Virus record (IMG/VR): IMGVR_UViG_3300037316_000015
Span: 1 to 57,979 of that record
Strand: one strand, 5' to 3'
DNA: 57,979 bases
Source of the DNA: a virus
Lineage: Duplodnaviria > Caudoviricetes
A model generated the notes under the pieces. That model made no database searches. It was not told the DNA's origin and worked only from the letters and a program-made list of their open reading frames with translations. How positions within the stretch are numbered: position 1 is the first letter of the stretch; each line of letters opens with the position of its first letter. The position numbers and the translations under genes were made by a program. Of this stretch, positions 1-8,971 are shown piece after piece.

Positions 1-186
1 TAAGATGGTCTACGACCTGTGCCTCGGGGAGAATCAGGGTGCCAGAGGGACCAACACTGTGCTTCATGTCCTGATTGACGCCACCAGGGTGACCTCGGCC
101 ATTCCACCCACCGAGAAGGTGAGCCGGATCAAGTTATACACCTCAATCATCATTCCGCTGAGGACATGCTCGAAGTCTCTAGTGAG

Positions 187-215
187 GTGAAACGGTCAGG
201 TTGGGCAGCTACAGT
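187..215 (+). promoter_or_regulatory. Putative SigA-type promoter for a leaderless endolysin transcript
   Basis: GTGAAA(187-192)-17 nt-TACAGT(210-215), followed 6 nt later by ATG 222 with no SD sequence. Confidence 0.45.
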
Positions 216-221
216 GCGCCT

Positions 222-923
222 ATGAGGCTCATGTATGACGCAGTCACTCCGACAAACATCGTTCGCAACGCCCCGATGGTTGCTGGGTACATCGACGGTG
301 ACTTCGAGTGGTCACCAGCCGACTGGGCTCTCTTCCCCAACTCCACCAAGGTCCGCATTGCCACCTCGGCGGCCACCAATGACGGTGATGTGCTGGATGT
401 GGAGCGGTTTGACGCATTCCCTGAGCAGGCAGCCGGCTGGGTTGCAATGCGTCGCAAAGCAACCGGTAAGCAGAAGACGGTGTACTGCTCCCTGTCCACC
501 TGGCCGGTTGTCAAAGCGGATTTCATCCCTGGCAACTCGCCACTGTGGTGGATCGCCGCCTACCCAGGTATTGGCCAGGCCCTCTACCAAGGGACCGTGG
601 CTCACCAGTACGCCGATCCAGGTCCGGTCGACATCTCCGTGGTTGACAACTACTGGGACGGGATAGACCCAGCAGGCTCCCAGAACATCCCCTCACAGCC
701 ACTACCATTGCCATACTCACCGCTTCAGGAGGCAACCATGCTCGCCAAGTTCATCCACTGCAAGGACAACCGGATCGCCTGCATCGGGCCCAAGGTCACT
801 ATCCTCACCCCGGCTGAGTGGCAGGTATTCGTCAACTCCGGGGAGACGATCGACCCGCACTACGCCAACATGGACCCGGGACCGTTCAACGCGGTCATTG
901 CGGCACTCGGTGGCACGACATGA
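222..923 (+). CDS. Endolysin, GH25/DUF1906-like glycoside hydrolase with short C-terminal domain
   Basis: LDVE (DxE), VYCS, WWIAAY, HQY and VDIS motifs of GH25-like muramidases; Pro-rich linker; followed by a membrane protein; start moved to ATG 222. Confidence 0.75.
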   Translation: MRLMYDAVTPTNIVRNAPMVAGYIDGDFEWSPADWALFPNSTKVRIATSAATNDGDVLDVERFDAFPEQAAGWVAMRRKATGKQKTVYCSLSTWPVVKADFIPGNSPLWWIAAYPGIGQALYQGTVAHQYADPGPVDISVVDNYWDGIDPAGSQNIPSQPLPLPYSPLQEATMLAKFIHCKDNRIACIGPKVTILTPAEWQVFVNSGETIDPHYANMDPGPFNAVIAALGGTT

Positions 924-1279
924 TCCTTGCCAACCCTGAGGCCAAGGTTGTCGCTGGTGTCGCCGGCACCACGTTCGGTGGGACTCTGAGCGGGTTCATT
1001 GTCTGGGTGCTCGGTATCACCGTCTGGGGCGCCTCCAACAAGGCCGTCTCGCAGTCCCTGGCAGTAGCTGACGTGCCCATCGTCGTCGTGCTGCTGGTGA
1101 CCGTGGTCATCACAGGCTTCTGCACCTATGTTGCTGCCTGGTTGGCCCCACATACAGTCACATCTGCTGACTCAGTGAGCACACCTCTGGAAGCGGTTCT
1201 GACCGGTACTACGCATGTCCTTCCAGCTATCGTTGCCCCAGGTGAGACGATTCCGGTTAACGCACCGCCCGTAACTTGA
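920..1279 (+). CDS. Holin (2 TM)
   Basis: ATGA overlap with the lysin stop; PEAKVVAG start, two hydrophobic helices and AAWLAPHT, typical of r1t-like actinophage holins. Confidence 0.7.
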   Translation: MILANPEAKVVAGVAGTTFGGTLSGFIVWVLGITVWGASNKAVSQSLAVADVPIVVVLLVTVVITGFCTYVAAWLAPHTVTSADSVSTPLEAVLTGTTHVLPAIVAPGETIPVNAPPVT

Positions 1280-1287
1280 GGAGCAAC

Positions 1288-3051
1288 GTGGCCGACACCA
1301 GGTATTCCAGTGCAGCCACCATCGGTGATGACCAGGCCCTTGATGAAGTCCGCCAGCTCGAGAATGGCCCGTTCTACCTGAATGAGCTTGGCAGTACAGG
1401 TCTGAAGCGGGCTGCCGGGTACATCGACGAGGAGTTCCTGCCACAGCTGCGCGGCCGCAAGGCCGTCCAGGTCTACCGGGAGATGGGCGACAATGATGCC
1501 ATCGCCTCGGCAATGCTGTTCTCCATCACCCAGCTGCTCCGAGGGGTGAGCTGGCCAGTAATCCCTGGTGGCAAGGGCCGGGATGATGCCAAGGCAGCCA
1601 AGCTCGTTGAGACGTGCATGGAGGACATGTCGTCATCGTGGGACGACGTGATCCAGGAGATTCTAACCTGTCTGCAGTACGGCTGGAGCTGGCATGAGAT
1701 TGTCTACAAGCGGCGGATGGGCCCTTGGCAGAAGGACCCCCGGCACAAGAGCAAGTACGACGACGGGCTCGTCGGCTGGCGCAAGATGCCTATTCGCTCT
1801 CAAGAGACATTGCTACGTTGGGTCTTCGACGATCAAGGCGATGTCCAGGCGCTGGTCCAGCTGGCGCCACCTGACTACAAGACCAGGGTCGTGCCGATCA
1901 GTCGGTCGCTTCTCTTCCGGTTCGGTCACCACAAGGGCAACCCGGAGGGACGTTCCATCTTCCGCGGTTCCTACCGGTCCTGGTACTACAAGAAGCGCCT
2001 CGAGGAGTTCGAGAGCATCGGGGTAGAGCGGGACCTTGCCGGACTGCCCATGGTGAGCGTGCCTTCTGACTACCTGCGGGCACGTCCTGGCACCGAGCAC
2101 TACAAGATGGTCGAGGCCATGAAGAAGATGGTCCGTTCCATCCGGCGCAACGAGCAGGAGGGGCTGGTCTTCCCAACCTCCTACGACCCTGACACCAAGA
2201 ACCCGCTGTTCAAGTTTGAGCTGCTGACCAGTGGTGGCCAGCGCACATTCGACACCAACGAGCTGATCCAGCGGTACGAGCAGCGCCAGCTCATGACGAT
2301 CCTGGCTGACTGGATCATGGTGGGCCACCAGGAGACTGGCACGTACAACATGCACGTGGACAAGACAGGCATCTTCAAGAGCGCCCTGAATGCCACTGTC
2401 GGCTCGGTAGCCGATGTCTTCAACCGGTACGCCATCCCACGGCTGTTCGCTGCCAACGGGTGGAAGCCTGCCACTCTGCCTAAGATCGAGCCGGCAAACG
2501 TCGACTCCCCCAACCTCACCGAGCTCTCCGGGTTCCTGACCCAGACTGCTGGCCTTGGCTTCACCTGGGGCCCGGATGCCGACATGGAGCGGTTCCTGCG
2601 TGACGCCGCCGGTCTGCCTGCTCTTGGCGCCCAGGACATGGAGAAGCGTCGCCGGATGGCACGGATGGATGAGGCGTCCCAGTTCGCCGAGGCTGAGACT
2701 CGTTACCTGGCTGCGCGCTCTCAGGTGGCTGTTGCACTGGCTGCCGAGCAGCAGATGGCCTCTGGTGAACCGACCATTGAGTCCGCCCAGCTAGGCCAGC
2801 AGGTGGACTCGGCCAACCAGGATGCCCAGATGAGCCAGGCTTCAGGGGCTCAGTCCCTGGCACAGGGTCAGCAAGGGCTTGCTCAAGGCGCCCAGCAGAT
2901 GCAGCTGGCGCAGTCTGGCGAAGGTCGTGCCCAGGAGCAGCACAAGCGGGCTGGTCAGCAACAGCGGTTCGACCAGGCGCAGGCCAAGAAGGAGAACACC
3001 AGGCCCAAGGCCAAGCCGAAGGCGAAGATCAAGGCGAAGGTCAGCCGATGA
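1288..3051 (+). CDS. Portal protein (DUF935/Mu gp29-like)
   Basis: ELGSTGL, YGWSWHEIVYK, GNPEGRSIFRGSYRSWYYKK and GVERDLAGLP motifs; GAGGAG SD before GTG 1288. Confidence 0.9.
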   Translation: MADTRYSSAATIGDDQALDEVRQLENGPFYLNELGSTGLKRAAGYIDEEFLPQLRGRKAVQVYREMGDNDAIASAMLFSITQLLRGVSWPVIPGGKGRDDAKAAKLVETCMEDMSSSWDDVIQEILTCLQYGWSWHEIVYKRRMGPWQKDPRHKSKYDDGLVGWRKMPIRSQETLLRWVFDDQGDVQALVQLAPPDYKTRVVPISRSLLFRFGHHKGNPEGRSIFRGSYRSWYYKKRLEEFESIGVERDLAGLPMVSVPSDYLRARPGTEHYKMVEAMKKMVRSIRRNEQEGLVFPTSYDPDTKNPLFKFELLTSGGQRTFDTNELIQRYEQRQLMTILADWIMVGHQETGTYNMHVDKTGIFKSALNATVGSVADVFNRYAIPRLFAANGWKPATLPKIEPANVDSPNLTELSGFLTQTAGLGFTWGPDADMERFLRDAAGLPALGAQDMEKRRRMARMDEASQFAEAETRYLAARSQVAVALAAEQQMASGEPTIESAQLGQQVDSANQDAQMSQASGAQSLAQGQQGLAQGAQQMQLAQSGEGRAQEQHKRAGQQQRFDQAQAKKENTRPKAKPKAKIKAKVSR

Positions 3052-3344
3052 CATCAGACATTGCCGCGACCATGGCCAGCGCTCGTCAGACAGTGCTTGG
3101 GGTCGTCACTGCTCGGATGTATGACGACATCAACGCCGCGACGTACATGATCGACTCCTTCGTCAAGGAGATGACTGACAACGGTCAGACCTCAGACGAT
3201 GCCTGGGCTCAGATGTTCGCCGCTTCCGTGCTGCTGATCATCCCTCTGGTGGAGTGCCGATCGGCCCACCACAAGATCAGCCTGGATGACTCACTGCGCG
3301 AGATCGGTGTTGTCCTGGCTGAGTTCAGGGATCAGCATGGCTAA
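3048..3344 (+). CDS. Hypothetical protein
   Basis: 98-aa ORF with ATGA overlap with the portal stop. Confidence 0.7.
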   Translation: MTSDIAATMASARQTVLGVVTARMYDDINAATYMIDSFVKEMTDNGQTSDDAWAQMFAASVLLIIPLVECRSAHHKISLDDSLREIGVVLAEFRDQHG

Positions 3345-5064
3345 CCGGCGTGAGGATGCCACCACAGCAGCAGTCGGTGGCACTGGGGTGTTCGCTGCCA
3401 GAGCTCTGTCACACAGTGCACTGTCATCTGCATACGGCTACGACAAGCATGGCAAGCCGATGCCTCGGCCGAGGGTATTCGCAGAGCGCAAGATCCTGAC
3501 CAGGAAGCCGATGCGAGGCAAGGGACGCCTGGGCGCCTCACTGGCCCTGACGACGATGTCTGTGCCACCGGCTGTGGTTGGGTTGAACAACCTGATGCAT
3601 GGGCACAGGTCTGAGGCTTCCAAGAGTGACAGCTCCAAGAGGCCGTCTCTGTGGCGTGATGCCCAGCATGGGGTGAAGTCGTCTTTGCACCAACGCAACA
3701 AGACCATCTCCCAGCACGCCCCGATCAGTCGTCAGGCAGAGAGCTACGGGGTCGGCACCTTGACTGGGTCGGCTGCCGGCGGCTTGACAGGTCTGGCACT
3801 GAAGAAGGTCAGACTGCACGGTGGTGCCAAGGCAGGTCTGATCGGACTGGCCGGGCTCACCACCGGTGTAGCCACTCTGCCGGCTCAGAGCAAGCTCATG
3901 CGGGCCACCAGCCACGGTAAGTACTCGGTCACCCCGACCGGTGTGGCCCGGACCAAGACCAAGCCTGCGCGGCCGTCAACTCGAGCCACAAGGGTGGAGC
4001 GTCGCAACGGCACTGAGGTCCCTAGTCGTCTTGGTAAGTCGGCTTCCTACCCAGGGTCCAACCTGTCTCATGGTCAGAAGCGAGCACTGGTACTGGCCGG
4101 TGGGACGACACCTCTGGTTGGTGACTTCACCGCGGCCGCTACTGCTGGCCGGATGGCACCACCGAACCTGCGCAAGAAGACGGCAGCACTGCAGGCCACT
4201 GGTTCTCTTGGTGGATCGGCTGTAGGTGGCGCAGCTGGTGCCTACGGTGGTGCTGCCCTAGTTCGCCATGTGCCGGCTCTGCACGCCCCGGCCGCTCACA
4301 TCAAGAACACCGTCGACACCGTCAAGCATGGTGTGGCCAGCCGCATTCACCCCAAGCTAGGTGAGGTTGTAGGAAGGCGTCAGGAAGCTGCGCGTAGCGG
4401 TGTCGACACTTCCAGGATCACCAGGCTGGCCGCTCATAGGCATCCAGCGCTAGCCAGGGTAGGACGGGCAGCAGTGCGAGCTCGCAAGCCACTGCTCGGT
4501 GTCGGTGCTGTGGGGGCAACATTGGGCCTGGCAGCAGGGCAGAGCGCCGGCTCCACCATCGGGTCTTCACTTACCTACGGCCATGCACTGAAGCTCGAGG
4601 ACAAGCAGCGTGGCAAGCGGGTGGCCAAGAGCAAGGACACCAGGCATGGCACTCGTATCTCCAAGCTGGCAACAGCCCCAGGGATGAGTGAGCGTGAGCG
4701 TCATAAAGCGGCCAGAGCCAAGGAACAGTCAGCGGTGCTCAGCCAGGTTGGGGGCGGTCTTGGTCTGGCTGCTACTGGCTCTCTGCTTGGCAGCAAGGTG
4801 GTACACAATGCCAAGTTGGCTAGGCATCTGAAGGCAGCCCCAGTGCCGATTATGGCTCTTGGTGGCAGTGTCGGTGCCGTCAATGCGTTCAAGTACGCAG
4901 CCATCCAGCATGCCGAGGCCAAGAAGCTAAGGGCGCCGCAACCAGTTGTAGCGTCCAAGGCTTTCCCTTTGCCTCGTGTCAAAAGCATGAAGGGCGCCTA
5001 CCTGCGTCAGACTAGGACCGCTGCAGGGATCAAGACAGCTACCGTTCGCGGAGGACTGACATGA
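3337..5064 (+). CDS. Basic Gly/Ala-rich multi-helix putative internal head (poly)protein
   Basis: About 575 aa from ATG 3337; K/R/H-rich with several GA-rich hydrophobic segments; ASKS, LGKS, VAKS, ISKL, ASKA sites. Confidence 0.7.
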   Translation: MANRREDATTAAVGGTGVFAARALSHSALSSAYGYDKHGKPMPRPRVFAERKILTRKPMRGKGRLGASLALTTMSVPPAVVGLNNLMHGHRSEASKSDSSKRPSLWRDAQHGVKSSLHQRNKTISQHAPISRQAESYGVGTLTGSAAGGLTGLALKKVRLHGGAKAGLIGLAGLTTGVATLPAQSKLMRATSHGKYSVTPTGVARTKTKPARPSTRATRVERRNGTEVPSRLGKSASYPGSNLSHGQKRALVLAGGTTPLVGDFTAAATAGRMAPPNLRKKTAALQATGSLGGSAVGGAAGAYGGAALVRHVPALHAPAAHIKNTVDTVKHGVASRIHPKLGEVVGRRQEAARSGVDTSRITRLAAHRHPALARVGRAAVRARKPLLGVGAVGATLGLAAGQSAGSTIGSSLTYGHALKLEDKQRGKRVAKSKDTRHGTRISKLATAPGMSERERHKAARAKEQSAVLSQVGGGLGLAATGSLLGSKVVHNAKLARHLKAAPVPIMALGGSVGAVNAFKYAAIQHAEAKKLRAPQPVVASKAFPLPRVKSMKGAYLRQTRTAAGIKTATVRGGLT

Positions 5065-5579
5065 TGTATGGCCGACTGGGCATGACCGGGTCTGCACTTG
5101 GCCGCGGTGACAGTTCTGTGATGAAGATGGACACCACCATGAGTGAGCAGGATGCACACAAGCTGGTGACTCGTCATGGCACCCAGGGCCGGCTACCCAA
5201 GGAGCTCGGCCGTGACGACCGGATGAAGGCCTACGAGGCCAGGTACGTGGCCTCTGGTGGCAAGAAAAGCGAGAAGTGGGGCCACCGTGCCAACCTAGCT
5301 GACATCGGTCGCACTGCTGGGCTGGCAGGTGCCACGGCGTCTGCTGCCGCAATCCTGGCCGGCCGCGGCAAGCGCGTAGGCAGGCTGGCCGCCAAGGTCC
5401 CAGGCATACGTCACATCAAGCCGCATCACCTGGAGACGGCTGCTCTGTCCTCTGCCACTGGTGGTGGGATTTCTGAGCTCTACGGTGGGTATGCTCGCAA
5501 GAAGCGTGCGTCCTACCAAAGCTCCCCAGGAGGGGTTGCGGCCAGTGCACTGACCAGAATGCGTGGTTATACCCCATGA
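5061..5579 (+). CDS. Basic Gly/Ala-rich putative virion protein
   Basis: 172 aa, ATGA-coupled on both sides, two GA-rich helices, VMKM site. Confidence 0.7.
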   Translation: MMYGRLGMTGSALGRGDSSVMKMDTTMSEQDAHKLVTRHGTQGRLPKELGRDDRMKAYEARYVASGGKKSEKWGHRANLADIGRTAGLAGATASAAAILAGRGKRVGRLAAKVPGIRHIKPHHLETAALSSATGGGISELYGGYARKKRASYQSSPGGVAASALTRMRGYTP

Positions 5580-8500
5580 CTCTTGTACCTGTGAGCGGCC
5601 TGCTAGCCACTGTTGTTGACCTTGCCGAGCAGGATCCAGACGCTGCAGACGAGCTGGTTCGTCTTGGGCTGTACGAGTCCATGTCTGACCAGATCGAGGT
5701 GGCCAGGCCAGCTATCGAGGCCGAGGCTGTCGAGATCATCTCCAAGCAGGCAGCTCGGGCTCGCTCCGCTCTGCTGCGTGAGTACGTCGGCAAGGCCCTG
5801 GATGGCAAGCAGCCGGCTGACGCCACCGTGACTGCACAGGGCCTGGCCATCATCGACACGTATGTGGCCAAGGGCATCGGGCGGTCAATGCTGGACTTCG
5901 TCAACAACAAGCGTGACAAGCGTGGTCGGTTCGCTCCGGTTGACTCCCTCGGTCATGGGCTGAACAGAACACCGAAGAGTGAGCTTCAGCCAGACGACAA
6001 GTCACGTCGGGAGACTGCGACCAACCAGGCATCTGAACGGGTCAAGCAAGGGATTGATAGTGGTGCATTGAAGCCTGATGATCTGGTGCAAGTGCACTTC
6101 TCGACCAACCCTGACAAGCACACGAAGACCAAGAGCCTGAAACGAGAGTTCAAGGCCAGCGAGGTCGACGACAAGATCGAGGAGTACCGAGCCGCCGATG
6201 AGGCCGGTCCAGACCCGAAGTACCCCACCGGCATTGCCATGCCTAACAAGCTCCCTGCTGGTGTCCCCATGACTGGCAACAACCGGGCAGCCTATGACGC
6301 CATGGCTGGGTTCACCGGGCCTGAGGCAGCAGGTCGGATCGCTGGCCATATCCCGGCCAGAGGCAGTATTGCCTCAGCCAATGTTGCCGAGAACTGGAAC
6401 AACGCCAGCGATGGCAGTGACCGGCGTTCTTACCGGCGCATCGGGATGATGGGCACCGCGCTGACCAATGCCTCAGGGGACAACTCAACTAGTGCCATGG
6501 TCGGTGGTCTGGCTCAGCTGATCGGTGAGCTCGGGCCTGAGGCAGAAGACGTGCTCTCCCCTGGGTTCACCAGGATTGCCTATCGCTACCGTGGTACCGA
6601 GAAACGCCCTGACTCTGAGATGCTCTCCCAGATGGCTCAGGCGGACAGGACACTGTCAGTGCTGGACCCTGACCTGCCGGCGAAGGCTTCTGCCAAGCGT
6701 GTCGGGGATGCCAGAGTTGCCTCTGAGGACAAGCGTGAGGAACTGCTGGACACGTACAAGCATGACAAGAGCCAGGGGAACAAGGTCGCTGGTGTGATGG
6801 GGTACTACTCCCAGGACCGAGTCTTCAACAGCCTGACCCCAGACCAGCGTTCCATGCGGATTCGCGGAGACATGCTCTCTGCTGACCTGATGGACCGGGT
6901 ACCTGACGCCAAGCTGGCTGACCTGTCGATCAGCTCTGGTCAGACGCCACCGTCTGTCGGGGTCATGCTCGATGCTGAAGGCAAGGTCGTTTCCGAGGCG
7001 ATGGGTTTCAACGGTGACCACTACCTGCCGTTCGACCTGAAGAACCTCAAGGCTCTGCACGGTGGCCAGTACGTTCGTACCCGCACCATGGGTGGTCCCA
7101 CGACCGAGGACATCTACACCGGTCTGATGACAGGGGCTCGACAGCTGCAGGTGGTGTCCAACTCCGGGGTCTACACGGTGGAGTTCGACCCTGACCTTCG
7201 AGGCGGCCGCCGGTACAGCGACAAGGCCAAGAAGATGGTCGAGCGCTACGGCAGGATCCTGGACGCGATCGGGTCAAACGAGCTTTACCGCCAGGATCTT
7301 CCTGCAGCCAGGAAGCAGGAGATCTGGGAACAGGCAATGGACTCTACTGGCTGGGACCCTACCAAGGGTGGCGAGGCGTACCGGGACATGATCAAGGAAG
7401 CCCGTCTGCGTGAGGGCGGTGGTCAGTCACTGACCGGCAGCAGCAAGGTGGCTGTCGAGACAGAGGCCAAGGTTGACGCTCAGATGAAGGCCGAAGACCA
7501 GCAGTCTGGTAATGCCCTGCGAGGCGCCGGCCGAGCCCAGCGCAAGGCTGAGTTGATGCGTGAGCAGATGGCTATCGCTCGAGAGACGGCCGTCGACCAG
7601 TACCAGCTCAACGGTCCTGGTTACCACGATGCCTTGAAGGCGCTCAAGACTGAGTTCCCGTACTACATCCGCAGTGTGAAGTACGAGGAGATCCCCCAGT
7701 TCAACGAGCGCCGCAAGCTCGGGCCGATGACCAGGCGCAACCGGGCCTACAGCAACGACCGTGGCTACACCCCACCCGGGTCCAACCGTGCCAGTGCCGA
7801 GGAGAACGCGTATCGGGGCAAGGAGGCCAAGGCAGGTATCGGTGGTCGTGGCAAATGGAAGCCAAAGGGCGCAGCAGCCGAGGCCACTAACGAAGCTGAT
7901 CAAGAAGTGGACGAGACAACTGGTAGTGCTAGTGCGACACACGCACGTCCTGCACTTGGCGGCCGGGTTGCTGCCACACATCAGTTCGGCGGCGTGCGAA
8001 TGTCTCTGGACAAGGACACCAAGCCGTTGACCGAGATCCTTGGCCCGGGTAAGGCTGCTTCTCGTCAGTTGATGATCCCGTTGACCAAGCTGCTGACGAC
8101 GGTGAAGACCAACTCAAACATGTACGGTCCGAACGGAAGGATCCAGGAACCTGTTGGTGGCGAGACAGTAACCGTGGACAAGGGACCGATGTATGTCATG
8201 AATGCCTGGTCCAAAATGGTTGGTACTGATCGCCCGCAGCAGTTTGCCAACTGGGTTATCGGCAAGGCCACTGACCAGGAGCGTGATGCAGTCATCGAGA
8301 CGCTGAACAGCATCCCAGAAATGGTGTCAAGCATCTCTGACGTGAACGCTCGTGAGCAGGTTTATGCCAACTACGGCGGTGTCGACGGTGTGAAGGAGTC
8401 GGTCAAGGAAGCGGTAGCGCTGACATCACTGGCCAGTCCGTTTGGGCCGGCTGCTGGTGACGAGGCGAAGATGGCCATGGCACTGCCTGCCTCCGGTGAT

Positions 8501-8971
8501 CCAAAGCCTCAGCCATTCCCTGCTGTGCTCCAACTTGGTGACAAGCTGAGCAACTACACGGACTGGGAGTCCAAGGCAGTCAATAGCAAGATTTTGCCTC
8601 AGGTTCAGGGGATGAAGGGCAAGTCCGACGCCGAGATCGGTCAGTGGCTCACCAGTGCGATCGAGGCGCATAAGCAGCTCGAGGAAACTGGCCGGCCTGG
8701 TACCAGTCAGGAACAGCGTGAGCGTGTCCAGGCGATTAGCAACGTGCAGCAAGCATGGGCATTCGTCCGAGCCAAGTCACTGGTTGAGTCACTGGGTGGC
8801 CTCCCAAAAGCGCAGGCCCCTCAGCAGGGGGCAGCCAACCCGTGGTCCCCGCCGGCAGCAGGGGTAGCGGGGTTCAAGTCAGCGTCCCTGGACCAGCCAG
8901 CGTGGACAGTGGGGGATCTGGCGGCAACGTACAGCCGGTCGGAAGTGCTCGCCTACCTGGCACAGGGGTAG
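5576..8971 (+). CDS. Large putative internal head/ejection protein with degenerate JAB/MPN-like domain
   Basis: 1131 aa; ISKQ, VGKA and VAKG followed by KRDKRGRF; central segment resembling JAB-like domains. Confidence 0.7.
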   Translation: MTLVPVSGLLATVVDLAEQDPDAADELVRLGLYESMSDQIEVARPAIEAEAVEIISKQAARARSALLREYVGKALDGKQPADATVTAQGLAIIDTYVAKGIGRSMLDFVNNKRDKRGRFAPVDSLGHGLNRTPKSELQPDDKSRRETATNQASERVKQGIDSGALKPDDLVQVHFSTNPDKHTKTKSLKREFKASEVDDKIEEYRAADEAGPDPKYPTGIAMPNKLPAGVPMTGNNRAAYDAMAGFTGPEAAGRIAGHIPARGSIASANVAENWNNASDGSDRRSYRRIGMMGTALTNASGDNSTSAMVGGLAQLIGELGPEAEDVLSPGFTRIAYRYRGTEKRPDSEMLSQMAQADRTLSVLDPDLPAKASAKRVGDARVASEDKREELLDTYKHDKSQGNKVAGVMGYYSQDRVFNSLTPDQRSMRIRGDMLSADLMDRVPDAKLADLSISSGQTPPSVGVMLDAEGKVVSEAMGFNGDHYLPFDLKNLKALHGGQYVRTRTMGGPTTEDIYTGLMTGARQLQVVSNSGVYTVEFDPDLRGGRRYSDKAKKMVERYGRILDAIGSNELYRQDLPAARKQEIWEQAMDSTGWDPTKGGEAYRDMIKEARLREGGGQSLTGSSKVAVETEAKVDAQMKAEDQQSGNALRGAGRAQRKAELMREQMAIARETAVDQYQLNGPGYHDALKALKTEFPYYIRSVKYEEIPQFNERRKLGPMTRRNRAYSNDRGYTPPGSNRASAEENAYRGKEAKAGIGGRGKWKPKGAAAEATNEADQEVDETTGSASATHARPALGGRVAATHQFGGVRMSLDKDTKPLTEILGPGKAASRQLMIPLTKLLTTVKTNSNMYGPNGRIQEPVGGETVTVDKGPMYVMNAWSKMVGTDRPQQFANWVIGKATDQERDAVIETLNSIPEMVSSISDVNAREQVYANYGGVDGVKESVKEAVALTSLASPFGPAAGDEAKMAMALPASGDPKPQPFPAVLQLGDKLSNYTDWESKAVNSKILPQVQGMKGKSDAEIGQWLTSAIEAHKQLEETGRPGTSQEQRERVQAISNVQQAWAFVRAKSLVESLGGLPKAQAPQQGAANPWSPPAAGVAGFKSASLDQPAWTVGDLAATYSRSEVLAYLAQG

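Noticed and set aside
5-190. 61-aa + strand ORF at the window start
   Set aside because: No recognisable motif or SD and atypical codon use; may be intergenic.
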